A stretch of DNA of 64,000 nt from Clostridia bacterium (GTDB taxonomy: Bacteria; Bacillota; Clostridia; TANB77; CAG-508), in the NCBI GenBank assembly GCA_022797635.1, contig JAAWKZ010000001.1:31532-95531 (forward strand). The letters run 5' to 3'. The position numbers and the translations under genes were made by a program. Below are positions 8,166 through 18,435 of this stretch, one piece after another. The notes under the pieces are model-generated. The model saw only the letters and a program-made list of their open reading frames with translations, was not told the origin of the DNA and searched no databases. Numbering within the stretch: the first letter of the stretch is position 1; every line of letters begins with the position of its first letter.

Positions 8166-10995
8166 ATGCAAAATAGTATTATCATCAAAGGTGCAAAAGA
8201 GCACAACTTAAAAGATATCAATTTAGAGATTCCAAGAGACAAACTGGTGGTTATTACAGGACTTTCTGGTTCTCGGAAAATCATCACTTGCTTTTGATAC
8301 TTTATATGCAGAAGGTCAAAGAAGGTATGTAGAAAGTTTGTCATCTTATGCAAGACAATTTTTAGGCTTGATGGAAAAACCAGATGTAGAATCTATTGAT
8401 GGATTATCACCAGCTATTTCAATTGATCAAAAAACAACATCTAGAAATCCACGTTCAACAGTAGGAACGGTAACAGAAATCTATGACTATATCCGTTTGC
8501 TATATGCACGTATTGGTGTACCGCATTGTCCAAACTGTGGTAGAAAAATTGAAAAACAAACTATTGACCAAATTATTGACCAAGTCATGTCAATGAAAGA
8601 GGAAACTAGAATACAAGTATTAGCACCAGTGGTACGTGGAAGGAAAGGTGAATATACAAAACTATTACAAGACTTTCAAAAGGAAGGTTTTGTTCGTGTG
8701 CGTATTGACGGACAAACTTATGAATTATCAGACGATATCACAATTGATAGAAAGAAAAAGCACAACATTGATTTAGTAGTAGACAGATTAGTAATTAAAT
8801 CTGATATTAGAACAAGGCTAACAGAATCAGTAGAAATTGCATTAAAGTATGCAAATAATCTTGTTACAATAGATATACCAAATGAGAAAGAAATACTATT
8901 TAGTCAAAACTATGCTTGTCCAGATTGTGGAATTAGCATAGAAGAATTAACACCAAGAATGTTCTCTTTCAACAATCCTTTTGGTGCTTGTCCAACCTGT
9001 ACAGGTATTGGATACTTAATGATAATGGATGAAAATTTAATCATTCCAGACAAGAATAAAACACTTTATGATGGAGTGAAGGCATTTGGTTCTAGCACCA
9101 TGAAAAAAGGTGATACTATGGCAAAAATGTATTTTGAAAGTATTGCTAAACATTATGATGTAGAAATTAAAGATGTACCAATTAAAAAATTACCAAGATG
9201 GTTTTTAGAGAAAATTTTATATGGTACAGGAGAGGAAGTAATTGATTTTGAATACACTTCTTCAGCAGGTACTAGAAAGTTTAGTACACCATTTGAAGGA
9301 GTTTTACCAACTTTAGATAGAAGATATCATGAAACAAAATCACAAGGAATGAGAGACTTCTATGAGTTCTATATGAGTGAAAAGCCTTGTTATGACTGTC
9401 ATGGCGCAAGATTAAAAAAAGAAAGCTTGTCTGTTAAGGTAGGAGACAAAAATATTAATGAATTAACAGATATGTCTATTGATAAAATTAAGGACTTTTT
9501 AAATAGTTTAGAGTTAAATAACAAAGATAAAATGATAGCAGACCAAATCTTAAAAGAGTTAAATAAGCGTTTACAATTTTTAATTGATGTTGGACTAGAC
9601 TATTTGACATTATCTAGAAGTGCAGGAAGCTTGTCAGGAGGAGAAGCGCAACGTATTCGTTTAGCTACTCAAATAGGTTCTGGACTAACAGGTGTATTAT
9701 ATATTTTAGACGAACCAAGTATTGGTTTACATCAAAGAGATAATGATAAATTAATAGCAACACTTAAAAAACTAAGAGATTTAGGCAATACAGTTTTAGT
9801 AGTAGAACATGATGAGGATACCATGTATGCAGCAGATCAAATTATTGATATAGGGCCAGGCCCAGGAGTACATGGTGGAAAAGTAATTGCACAAGGAACG
9901 GCAGAAGAAATAAAATTGATAGAAGGTTCTATTACAGGACAGTACTTAAGTGGCAAAAAGCAAATTACAGTTCCAAAGAAAAGAAGAAAATCAAATGGAA
10001 AAGCAATTGAAGTAAAAGGTGCAACAGAGCATAATTTGAAAAACGTTAATGTCAAATTTCCATTAGGACAGTTTGTATGTGTTACAGGTGTTTCAGGTTC
10101 TGGAAAAAGTACATTAATTAATGAGATTTTATACAGAACAGCCTCCAAAGAAATCTATGGTTCTAATGAAAGACCAGGGGCATGTAAAGAAATAAAGGGC
10201 TTAGAAAATATTGATAAAATTATTAATATAGATCAATCTCCAATTGGTAGAACACCACGTTCTAATCCAGCTACTTATACAGGTGTATTTGACATGATAC
10301 GTGATATTTTCTCTAGCACAGAAGAAGCTAAGCTTCGAGGATATGATAAAGGTAGATTTAGCTTTAATGTAACAGGTGGTAGATGTGAAGCTTGTAGCGG
10401 TGATGGTGTATTAAAAATTGAAATGCACTTCTTACCAGATATTTATGTACCTTGTGAAGTATGCAAAGGAAAAAGATATAACAGAGAAACATTAGAAGTG
10501 AAATATAAAGGAAAAACAATTGCAGATGTACTAGATATGACAGTAGAAGAAGCTTTAACCTTCTTTGAAAATATTCCAAGAATTAAGACTAAAATTCAGA
10601 CTTTACATGATGTAGGACTTGGCTATATTAAATTGGGACAACCTTCTACAACCTTATCAGGGGGAGAAGCACAACGTGTAAAATTAGCTACAGAGTTATC
10701 GAAAAAAGCAACAGGCAAAACTTTATATATCTTAGATGAACCAACCACAGGACTTCATATTGCAGATGTTCACAAATTAGTAGATATTTTACAGAGATTA
10801 GTAGATACTGGTAATAGCATTATTGTAATTGAACATAATCTTGATTTAATCAAAACGGCAGATTATATTATTGATTTGGGACCAGAAGGTGGAGAAAAGG
10901 GAGGACAAATTATTAGTGTAGGTTCTCCTGAACAAATTACGAAAAATGAGCAAAGTTATACAGGTAAGTTTTTGAAGAAGTATTTGGAAAAGTAA
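8166..10995 (+). pseudogene. uvrA: excinuclease ABC subunit A (uvrA), interrupted by one +1 C insertion
   Basis: The N-terminus ...ITGLSGS is in frame 1 and the remainder [28 protein letters not shown]... continues in another frame. The junction tctCggaaaa at about 8274 sits in the Walker A GSGKS motif. Removing the C gives an intact UvrA of roughly 940 aa. Confidence 0.85.
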
Positions 10996-11012
10996 ACTAA
11001 AATTAATAAAGC

Positions 11013-11072
11013 AATCAACTAATTAACACATTTGTCCTTATTGTGTGTTAATTAGTTGATTTATTCTTTATT
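11013..11072 (+). terminator. uvrA rho-independent terminator
   Basis: 17-bp stem atcaactaattaacaca / tgtgttaattagttgat followed by ttattctttattt. Confidence 0.6.
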
Positions 11073-11100
11073 TAAATAAGTATAATAGTATGTAATCAGC

Positions 11101-11272
11101 AAAAGATGCAAAGATAAATGGACATTCACGGAGAAAAACAAAAATATAACCTTAAAAGTTATTTCTCGAAAAAACGAGACTTATATTATAAAAACAAAAG
11201 AAAGGGATATAAAAAGTTTTAACCTAGCAGGTTAACGTAGGTTATGAATGTCCATTTATTTTTGCATCTTTT
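11101..11272. repeat. 28-bp near-perfect inverted repeat flanking a 116-bp spacer
   Basis: aaaagatgcaaagataaatggacattca (11101-11128) versus tgaatgtccatttatttttgcatctttt (11245-11272), one mismatch. The spacer holds smaller hairpins (tctcg-a6-cgaga; aaccta..taggtt). Confidence 0.6.
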
Positions 11273-11301
11273 ACTTTGAACGAAAGAAATAGGAATATTA
11301 A

Positions 11302-11400
11302 TTATTTGCAGTTGTTATTATTTCTTTCATTGTTGTTATTATTTTGATTATTCTTGTTGTTATTATTATTTTTGTTTTGTTTATTTTGCTTTTCTGACAT
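11302..11400 (-). CDS. small Asn/Lys-rich peptide (32 aa), uncertain
   Basis: GGAGG RBS 8 nt before the ATG (aaatGGAGGtgttctttATG). Translates to MSEKQNKQNKNNNNNKNNQNNNNNERNNNNCK, which is low-complexity. Confidence 0.3.
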   Translation of the reverse strand: MSEKQNKQNKNNNNNKNNQNNNNNERNNNNCK

Positions 11401-11563
11401 AAAGAACACCTCCATTTCTTTTTAGTAATATTATTTTGTACAAAAAATTGAAAATTTATTCAAAAAATAATATAATTATATCAACTCACAAAAATTTTAC
11501 AATTTTATAAAAAATAGAAGCAGTAAACAGTATAATATATTCAACAAATAGAAAGGAAAAAGT

Positions 11564-12379
11564 ATGCAGCAAGAAATAGAAATTGATAGAAAGAAATTAG
11601 TAAGAAGAGTTATATTAGTTTTACTAATTATTCTTTTACTTATTTTAATAAAACGAGTTATTTATAGAAGAATAGAAAGCGAAGAGGAATTAGCAAGTAG
11701 CAGCCAGACTAATATGATAATAAGGGATGAAAATGAACCAACAGATAAAATAACAGTAATCATGAAAAATGAAGAAGGAACATTCGAAATAGACAAAAAA
11801 GAAGCTGAGAAAAAGGAAACAGAACTAGACTGGAATTTGCTATTAGTTAATACTAACAATAAAATGTCAGATGACTATCATGTTCAGCTAGAAAATATTG
11901 ATCAAAGCAGAAGTTTTGATAAAAGAGCAATTCAAAATTTAACAAACATGCTAAGTGCAATCAGAAATGCAGGTATTTCTAATATCTGGATTCAATCAGC
12001 CTATAGAACCCCAGAAGCACAACAGAGATTATTCGAAGATCAAGTACAAGCTTATATATATCAAGGATATGATGAAAGAATAGCTAGAGAATTAACAGAA
12101 AAAATCATTAATAAGCCTTGGCATAGTGAACATAATTTAGGACTAGCTGTGGACTTTAACTATGTAAATAGAGAATTTGAGAATACAGCTGCCTTTCAGT
12201 GGTTACAAGAAAATGCACAAGAGTATGGCTTCATTTTACGATATGCAGAAGAAAAAGAAAATATTACAAAAGTAAGTTATGAGCCATGGCATTGGAGATA
12301 TGTAGGAGAAAAACATGCTAAAAAGATGAAAAGTCAAAATCTGTGTTTAGAAGAATATATCGAGAAAATAACAAAATAG
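11564..12379 (+). CDS. D-alanyl-D-alanine carboxypeptidase, VanY/M15B family, membrane-anchored
   Basis: N-terminal TM segment. SEHNLGLAVD and HWRYVG motifs typical of VanY-type peptidases. Confidence 0.7.
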   Translation: MQQEIEIDRKKLVRRVILVLLIILLLILIKRVIYRRIESEEELASSSQTNMIIRDENEPTDKITVIMKNEEGTFEIDKKEAEKKETELDWNLLLVNTNNKMSDDYHVQLENIDQSRSFDKRAIQNLTNMLSAIRNAGISNIWIQSAYRTPEAQQRLFEDQVQAYIYQGYDERIARELTEKIINKPWHSEHNLGLAVDFNYVNREFENTAAFQWLQENAQEYGFILRYAEEKENITKVSYEPWHWRYVGEKHAKKMKSQNLCLEEYIEKITK

Positions 12380-12479
12380 AATATTTCAAAAAGTATTCAA
12401 AAAAGCAAGAAAGTATAGTATAATACCTATAAAATTAAAAAAGGAGATATGTTAAATAAAATTTGACATTTACGGAAAT

Positions 12480-13160
12480 ATGAAAAATTTAGTAATAGGA
12501 ATTGAAGGACACGTTGGCGCAGGTAAAACTGCAATCTGTAAAGAATTATTAAATCAAATACCCAACAGTATTTTATTGCAAGGTGGGAATTTATATCGTG
12601 GTATTGCTTATGCATTACTTCGCAGCGGTGCTAATATAGAAAAATTAAAGCAAAATATGAAGCAAGCAGACATTAAACAGATCATGGAGAAATTAAAAAT
12701 ACAAATTGCGATTGAGGATAGAGATACAGTAATTTATATAGATGGAAAAAAGATAGAAGAAGAGCTTTTACAGTCAACAACCTCTTCTTTAGCTGTTTCT
12801 GAGATTAGCAATGTGGCAGATAATCAAAACTTCTATTTATTTGGAAGAAAGATTATTGAACAATTTAAAGAAAAATTTAATGTCATTGTTTCAGGAAGAG
12901 ACTTAATGAAAATCTATCCAGATTTAGATTATCACTTTTTAGTAACAGCTTCTTTAGAGGAACGCATTAGAAGAAAATGCATAAAATATAATGACACAAT
13001 TAGCCAAGAAGAAGTGAGACAAAATATCATACGAAGAGACAAAGTGCAAGAGCAATCAGGTTATTATAGGCAATATGAAAATACAACTGTAGTAGATGTG
13101 ACAGATTGCAAAACGATTGAGGATTCTGCAAAAGAAGTGTTAAAACATATTAGTTTGTAG
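12480..13160 (+). CDS. cmk: cytidylate kinase-like P-loop NMP kinase
   Basis: P-loop IGIEGHVGAGKT, a GNLYRG segment, and a C-terminal RRD..Q motif. 226 aa fits Cmk size. Confidence 0.5.
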   Translation: MKNLVIGIEGHVGAGKTAICKELLNQIPNSILLQGGNLYRGIAYALLRSGANIEKLKQNMKQADIKQIMEKLKIQIAIEDRDTVIYIDGKKIEEELLQSTTSSLAVSEISNVADNQNFYLFGRKIIEQFKEKFNVIVSGRDLMKIYPDLDYHFLVTASLEERIRRKCIKYNDTISQEEVRQNIIRRDKVQEQSGYYRQYENTTVVDVTDCKTIEDSAKEVLKHISL

Positions 13161-13181
13161 ATAAAAGGGAGACAAGGATTT

Positions 13182-14582
13182 ATGGGTTATCAAAATGAGA
13201 AGTTAGAAGAGTTTGAGCAATACATAACAGGAAGAAAAGTAGCAATTATAGGTTTGGGAATTAGTAATATTCCATTACTAGACTATTTTTATAAGCTACA
13301 TTGCAAAGTTAGCATTTTTGACAAAAGGGAAGAGGCAAAGTTAGATAAACAAGCAGTAGAAAAAATCCAAAACTATGCATTTGAGTTATATACAGGACTA
13401 GATGCTATGCAACGTTTAGTCGGTTTTGATATTATTTTCCGTTCCCCAAGTTGTAGACCAGATACACCAGAAATTGTTAAAGAATTGGAAAGAGGAGCAA
13501 TTTTAACTTCTGAAATTGAAATGTTAATGCAAACTTGTCCAGGCACTGTAATTGGCATTACAGGAAGTGATGGAAAAACGACTACTACCAATTTAATTTA
13601 TCATATTTTAAAAGAAAAGGGGTATCATTGTTATTTGGGTGGGAATATTGGTATTCCACTATTTACAAAAGTACAAGAAATGAAGCCAGAAGATATGATA
13701 GTTCTAGAACTTAGTAGTTTTCAATTAATGGATATGCAAATAAGCCCACATATTAGTGTGATAACAAATGTATCTCCAAATCATTTAGATATTCATAAAT
13801 CTTATGAAGAGTACATTGATGCCAAGAAAAATATTTTTAAGTATCAAAATGAAAATGATATTTTAGTAATCAATTATGATAATACTATTACAAGAGATTT
13901 TAAAGTAGAAGCGAAAGGAAAAGTTGTATACTTTAGTAGAAAACAAAAATTGGAAGATGGTGTAATTTGTGATAGTGGTATTATCAAATCTTGTGAGGAA
14001 AAAGTAAGAAGACATATTTTAAATACAAGAGATATTTTACTTCGAGGCGTACATAATCACGAAAATATTTGTAGTGCAATTGCAGCCACTGCTAGCCTAG
14101 TAGAACCTGAAATCCAGGCGGAAGCAATAAAAAAGTTTAGAGGTGTTGAACATAGATTAGAGTTTATTAGAGAGGTGAGTGGAGTAAAATGGTATAATGA
14201 CTCTATTGGAACCTCCCCAACTAGAACAATTGCGGGTTTAAATTCTTTTTCAGAAAAAATTGTACTAATTGCAGGAGGATATGACAAGCATTTAGACTAT
14301 ACTCCTATTGCAAAGCCAATTGTAGCCAATGCAAGTAAACTAATTTTGATGGGAGCAACTGCGCCAAAGATAGAGGAAGTAGTTACACAAGAATTAGAAA
14401 TGCAAGGAAAAGAATTACCGATTTATCATTGTAATACTTTACAAGAAACTGTGAAAAAAGCATATGAAATAGCCAATAGTGATGAAATTGTTTTATTTTC
14501 TCCGGCAAGTGCAAGTTTTGATATGTTTAAGAACTTTGAAGAAAGAGGAGAAATGTTTAAGGAGTTAGTAAATCAACTATAA
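13182..14582 (+). CDS. murD: UDP-N-acetylmuramoylalanine--D-glutamate ligase
   Basis: 466 aa. Mur ligase motifs GITGSDGKTTTT, HNxEN and DSIGTSP. Confidence 0.85.
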   Translation: MGYQNEKLEEFEQYITGRKVAIIGLGISNIPLLDYFYKLHCKVSIFDKREEAKLDKQAVEKIQNYAFELYTGLDAMQRLVGFDIIFRSPSCRPDTPEIVKELERGAILTSEIEMLMQTCPGTVIGITGSDGKTTTTNLIYHILKEKGYHCYLGGNIGIPLFTKVQEMKPEDMIVLELSSFQLMDMQISPHISVITNVSPNHLDIHKSYEEYIDAKKNIFKYQNENDILVINYDNTITRDFKVEAKGKVVYFSRKQKLEDGVICDSGIIKSCEEKVRRHILNTRDILLRGVHNHENICSAIAATASLVEPEIQAEAIKKFRGVEHRLEFIREVSGVKWYNDSIGTSPTRTIAGLNSFSEKIVLIAGGYDKHLDYTPIAKPIVANASKLILMGATAPKIEEVVTQELEMQGKELPIYHCNTLQETVKKAYEIANSDEIVLFSPASASFDMFKNFEERGEMFKELVNQL

Positions 14583-14639
14583 CAGGAACCATTTATTAAT
14601 ATGATACATATGATACAGTAAATGAAAAGGAGGTATCAT

Positions 14640-15341
14640 ATGTATTATCAAAATTATGAAGATTATATGCGTCAAGTGTTAGGGTATCCAATGAATGATC
14701 CTAATATTTACGAGACATATGAGTATAGAAATGATTCAATATATCAAGATACATATTCTGAATGTTATCCTGAAATTTATCATTTAGTATATCCAATGGT
14801 TTGCAAAGTATGTGAAACAAACACACAACCAATTACACGAGAATTAGTAGAGAAAATGACAGATGAAGTATATATGGCTATTGAAGATACTCAAACAACT
14901 GTAAATATTAGAGTAAATACTTCAAAACCAGAGGAAAATCGAATATCAAATTCTAGTACGAATAGAAATAATAGTGAAGAAATAAGAAATTCTAAAACAA
15001 AAAGTGAAAGAATTAATAAAAGTGTAAGTAGTCATGCAGAAAATAGAGAAGTGAAAGCCAATAGCTCTTCTGTGCTAGAAAATAAAGAAAATACAACACT
15101 AGCTGAAACAAGACATTCTAATTCTACTTTAAGAGACTTAATTAAAATTTTAATTTTAAATCAAATATTAGGAAATAGACCCAGACCACCAAGACCTCCT
15201 CGTCCACCGTTTCCAGGAGGACCAGGTCCAGGAATGCCACCACCAAGACCGCCTTTTCCAGGAGGAAGACCTCCGATGGAGCCAGGTGGCAGACCGCCAA
15301 TGATACAACCAAGAGAATACCCAGATTATTTAGAATTTTAA
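14640..15341 (+). CDS. proline-rich protein (possible spore-coat-like), hypothetical
   Basis: GGAGG RBS before ATG 14640. N-terminal Tyr/Glu-rich domain and a C-terminal PRPPRPPRPPFPGGPGPGMPPPRPPFPGG repeat tail. Confidence 0.45.
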   Translation: MYYQNYEDYMRQVLGYPMNDPNIYETYEYRNDSIYQDTYSECYPEIYHLVYPMVCKVCETNTQPITRELVEKMTDEVYMAIEDTQTTVNIRVNTSKPEENRISNSSTNRNNSEEIRNSKTKSERINKSVSSHAENREVKANSSSVLENKENTTLAETRHSNSTLRDLIKILILNQILGNRPRPPRPPRPPFPGGPGPGMPPPRPPFPGGRPPMEPGGRPPMIQPREYPDYLEF

Positions 15342-15469
15342 AAAATGAATTGTTAAAAATTGGAAAGATATACAAAAACAGATTGTATATCTTTCTTTAT
15401 TTTTGAAGAAACTATTATTGAATGTATGTACATTCATATAAAATTTTAAAAAGAAAGAAGGAAAATTGA

Positions 15470-15907
15470 ATGAAAGTAAAAGATTGTATGTGTAATGAAG
15501 TTTGTTGTGCTACTCCAAGTAGTACAGTAAAAGAATGTGCTGATATGATGTGCAACAAACATATTGGTTGTGTTCCAGTATGTGATAATACCCAAAACGT
15601 AGTTGGTTTGATTACAGACCGTGATATTATTTTAAGATGTGTGGCTTGCAATAAAGATCCTCAAAACACACCAATTAGTGAAATTATGACTTGTAATCCT
15701 TGTTGTTGTACTCCAGAAGTAGATGTTACAGAAGCTGAAAAGTTAATGTCTGAAAATCAAATAAAAAGAATTCCTGTTGTAGAGAATAATAGAATAGTTG
15801 GAATATTAACATTGGGTGATTTAGCAGCAAATACTGGAGTAGATAATGCAGGGGTAGATAACACTTTAAATAATATTTGTAAATGCAATGATAAAAATGC
15901 GGAATAA
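15470..15907 (+). CDS. CBS-pair domain protein, unusually cysteine-rich
   Basis: Two CBS-like blocks (VGLITDRDIILR; IVGILTLGDL). 16 Cys in 145 aa, including CC and PCCC runs. Confidence 0.65.
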   Translation: MKVKDCMCNEVCCATPSSTVKECADMMCNKHIGCVPVCDNTQNVVGLITDRDIILRCVACNKDPQNTPISEIMTCNPCCCTPEVDVTEAEKLMSENQIKRIPVVENNRIVGILTLGDLAANTGVDNAGVDNTLNNICKCNDKNAE

Positions 15908-15976
15908 ATTAATTGACAGAAATGGCATAAGTTTATATAATTAGCACATAATAGAAATTAGGGAGGAAATGACCAT

Positions 15977-17072
15977 ATGGTTATTGATATGAATTACTGG
16001 GGAAAAGTGCTAAAAAATATTGCAGTTTTGGCTTTAACCATTTTAGGTGTTTATTTAGGCTTTAAACTAGCAATATTTTATATGCCATTTCTTGTTGCAT
16101 TTATTATTGCTTTGATGTTAGAGCCTTGTATTCGTTTTATTATGAGAAAAACAAAATTAAAAAGAAAAACAAGCTCAATTTTAGTATTTGTTATAGCAAT
16201 TATTATTATAGTAGGACTGCTTGTTTGGGCAGGAGTTACAATTGTATCAGAGGCTTCGAATTTGTTAACTAGTTTAAATGAATATTTTGAAAAAGGTTAT
16301 GCTTTAGTAGAAGATATGATTTCTAAAATTGATTTTAGCAGGTTACAAATACCTGAAAATATTATGAATACGATTCAAGAATCTGCAATGGAATTCCTGG
16401 GAACATTAACAGAATGGGCTAAGAACGCTTTAACAGGAGCAATTAATTTTTTAACGTCTATACCAACAATAGGGGTGTATACAGTTATAACTTTATTATC
16501 GTTGTATTTTATGTGTGTAGATAAAGTATATATGATAGACCAATTAGAACACCACTTGCCACAAACATGGGTGAAAAAAATTGGTATACATTTGAAAGGA
16601 TTAGTAAAGTCTTTAGGTGGATATCTAAAAGCGGAACTTACGTTGGTACTTATTTCATTTATCATATCTGTTATTGGATTATACATTTTCCACTTTGCAG
16701 GGTTAAATGTAGAATATCCATTATTAATGGCTTTAATTATAGGGTTTGTAGACTTATTGCCAATCTTCGGTTCAGGAACATTCATGATACCTTGGGCAAT
16801 TTTAAGTGCCTGTACTGGTGACTTTACCTTGGCTGTCGCTATTTTAGTATTATGGGCAATTATGTCTATTGTGAGACAAATGATAGAACCTAAAATAGTT
16901 AGTCGGCCACATTGGAATTCATCCAATCTTTACATTAATTGCTATGTATACAGGATTTAAATTTATAGGTGTGTTAGGAATGATCATAGGTCCAATTTTA
17001 TTAATTGTTTTGAAAAATATATTTGCTACATTTATTGACAAGGGAGTATTTAAATCTATTTTTGAAAGGTAA
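15977..17072 (+). pseudogene. AI-2E family transporter (YtvI/PerM-like permease), interrupted by one +1 C insertion
   Basis: Multi-TM protein. Frame 1 ends ...EPKIVS. The C-terminal HIGIHPIFTLIAMYTGFKFIGVLGMIIGPILLIVLKNIFATFIDKG continues in the next frame after agtCggccac (about 16913). Confidence 0.7.
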
Positions 17073-17159
17073 CTTTCAAATAATTAGAATAAAGAATAAA
17101 AAAATAAAATGTAGAAAAAATCAATGAACTAGAAAATTAACTAATAGGAGAAGAAAGAA

Positions 17160-17732
17160 ATGGAATTAACAGCAACATATATTGTTTCACAAGTATTTGC
17201 AATACTGATGTATATATTATTGGCTTCAACTTATTATTTGAAAAATAGAAAAACTGTGCTAACCATTAATGTTATAGCAATGGTAGCACAAGCTATTTCT
17301 TTTATTTGTTTGAAAGCATATACAGGTTTAGCAATGGATATTGTTGCGATTATTCGCAATATCATATTTATGATAGACGAAAAGAAAAATGGTAAGAGCG
17401 AACAAAATACAAAAAAAGATATTATTATTTTAGTAGTACTATATGTTATTACTATATTACTAAGTGTCTTTACCTATAGTGGACTTCCAAGCTTATTTTC
17501 AGTATTAGGAACTTTTCTATACACCTATTCTGTATGGCAGAAAAATACAAATACATATAAATTACTTGGAATTCCAACTAGTGTGTCATGGATAGCATAC
17601 AATATTTATATCAAATCTATTTTCGGAGGCATTTTGGAAAGTATTGTACTAATTTGCTCAGGTGTAGGATATTTGCTGACTAAGAGGAAAGCAAATAAAC
17701 AAGAGGAAACACAAACTAATATACAGAAGTAG
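17160..17732 (+). CDS. small multi-pass inner membrane protein (YgjV-like?), hypothetical
   Basis: 190 aa with roughly 5 hydrophobic helices and a basic C-tail. Confidence 0.45.
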   Translation: MELTATYIVSQVFAILMYILLASTYYLKNRKTVLTINVIAMVAQAISFICLKAYTGLAMDIVAIIRNIIFMIDEKKNGKSEQNTKKDIIILVVLYVITILLSVFTYSGLPSLFSVLGTFLYTYSVWQKNTNTYKLLGIPTSVSWIAYNIYIKSIFGGILESIVLICSGVGYLLTKRKANKQEETQTNIQK

Positions 17733-18261
17733 AAGTCGTAACAAAGGAGTCATCAGGAGGATATACATACTCTTCAGATGGCTTTTCTATTTTTTGTATT
17801 TTTTCAATTTGAAGAACAGGGATTTCTCCATGATAGTTTCCTTTTATAATTTTACCTTCGATTTCTACCCAAGAGTTATCTTCATATTTCGATGCATCTT
17901 CAGATTCGCATAAAAAGCCTACAACAACAGTTTGAAAATCAGAGGAGATAACCATGTTTCTACCTAATACAAATTGAGTTTGCGTGAAGTCTATCATACG
18001 ATAAATAAAACCAGAAAATTTAATTTTTTGCCCAACGTATTGGTTTGTATTTTCATGCACCGCTTTTAAAACGTTTGTGTAGTTATTCACATTTAATTCT
18101 TGTACTTCTTCTATTTTAGCAGTATCATTTGTTTTAAAGATGTTATTACCTAAAATACGATAACAAACAATAGCTGTAACAAGAAGAATAACAACAAATA
18201 AAATGCCAAGCAAAATTTTGCCTAATTTATTTCCGTTCAATTTTACATTACAAATAAACAT
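17716..18261 (-). CDS. membrane-anchored hypothetical protein
   Basis: 181 aa with an N-terminal TM segment followed by a soluble domain. Confidence 0.45.
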   Translation of the reverse strand: MFICNVKLNGNKLGKILLGILFVVILLVTAIVCYRILGNNIFKTNDTAKIEEVQELNVNNYTNVLKAVHENTNQYVGQKIKFSGFIYRMIDFTQTQFVLGRNMVISSDFQTVVVGFLCESEDASKYEDNSWVEIEGKIIKGNYHGEIPVLQIEKIQKIEKPSEEYVYPPDDSFVTTSTSVY

Positions 18262-18435
18262 AAGATTTCCACCCTTTAATTTTATTTAGTAATAAGTATT
18301 CAAACATTTAGTAATTATGACTATAATATTATTATTAAGAATTAATTGAAATCTTTCTAGAACTCTTGCGATTTTTCAGCAAAAGTGATATAGTAACAAA
18401 GAATATTATGATTAACGTTAGGAAGGAAGAAAACA

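Noticed and set aside
11118-11219. 33-aa basic ORF (MDIHGEKQKYNLKSYFSKKRDLYYKNKRKGYKKF) inside the large inverted repeat
   Set aside because: It has no Shine-Dalgarno and lies within a probable RNA/DNA structural element, so it is likely non-coding.
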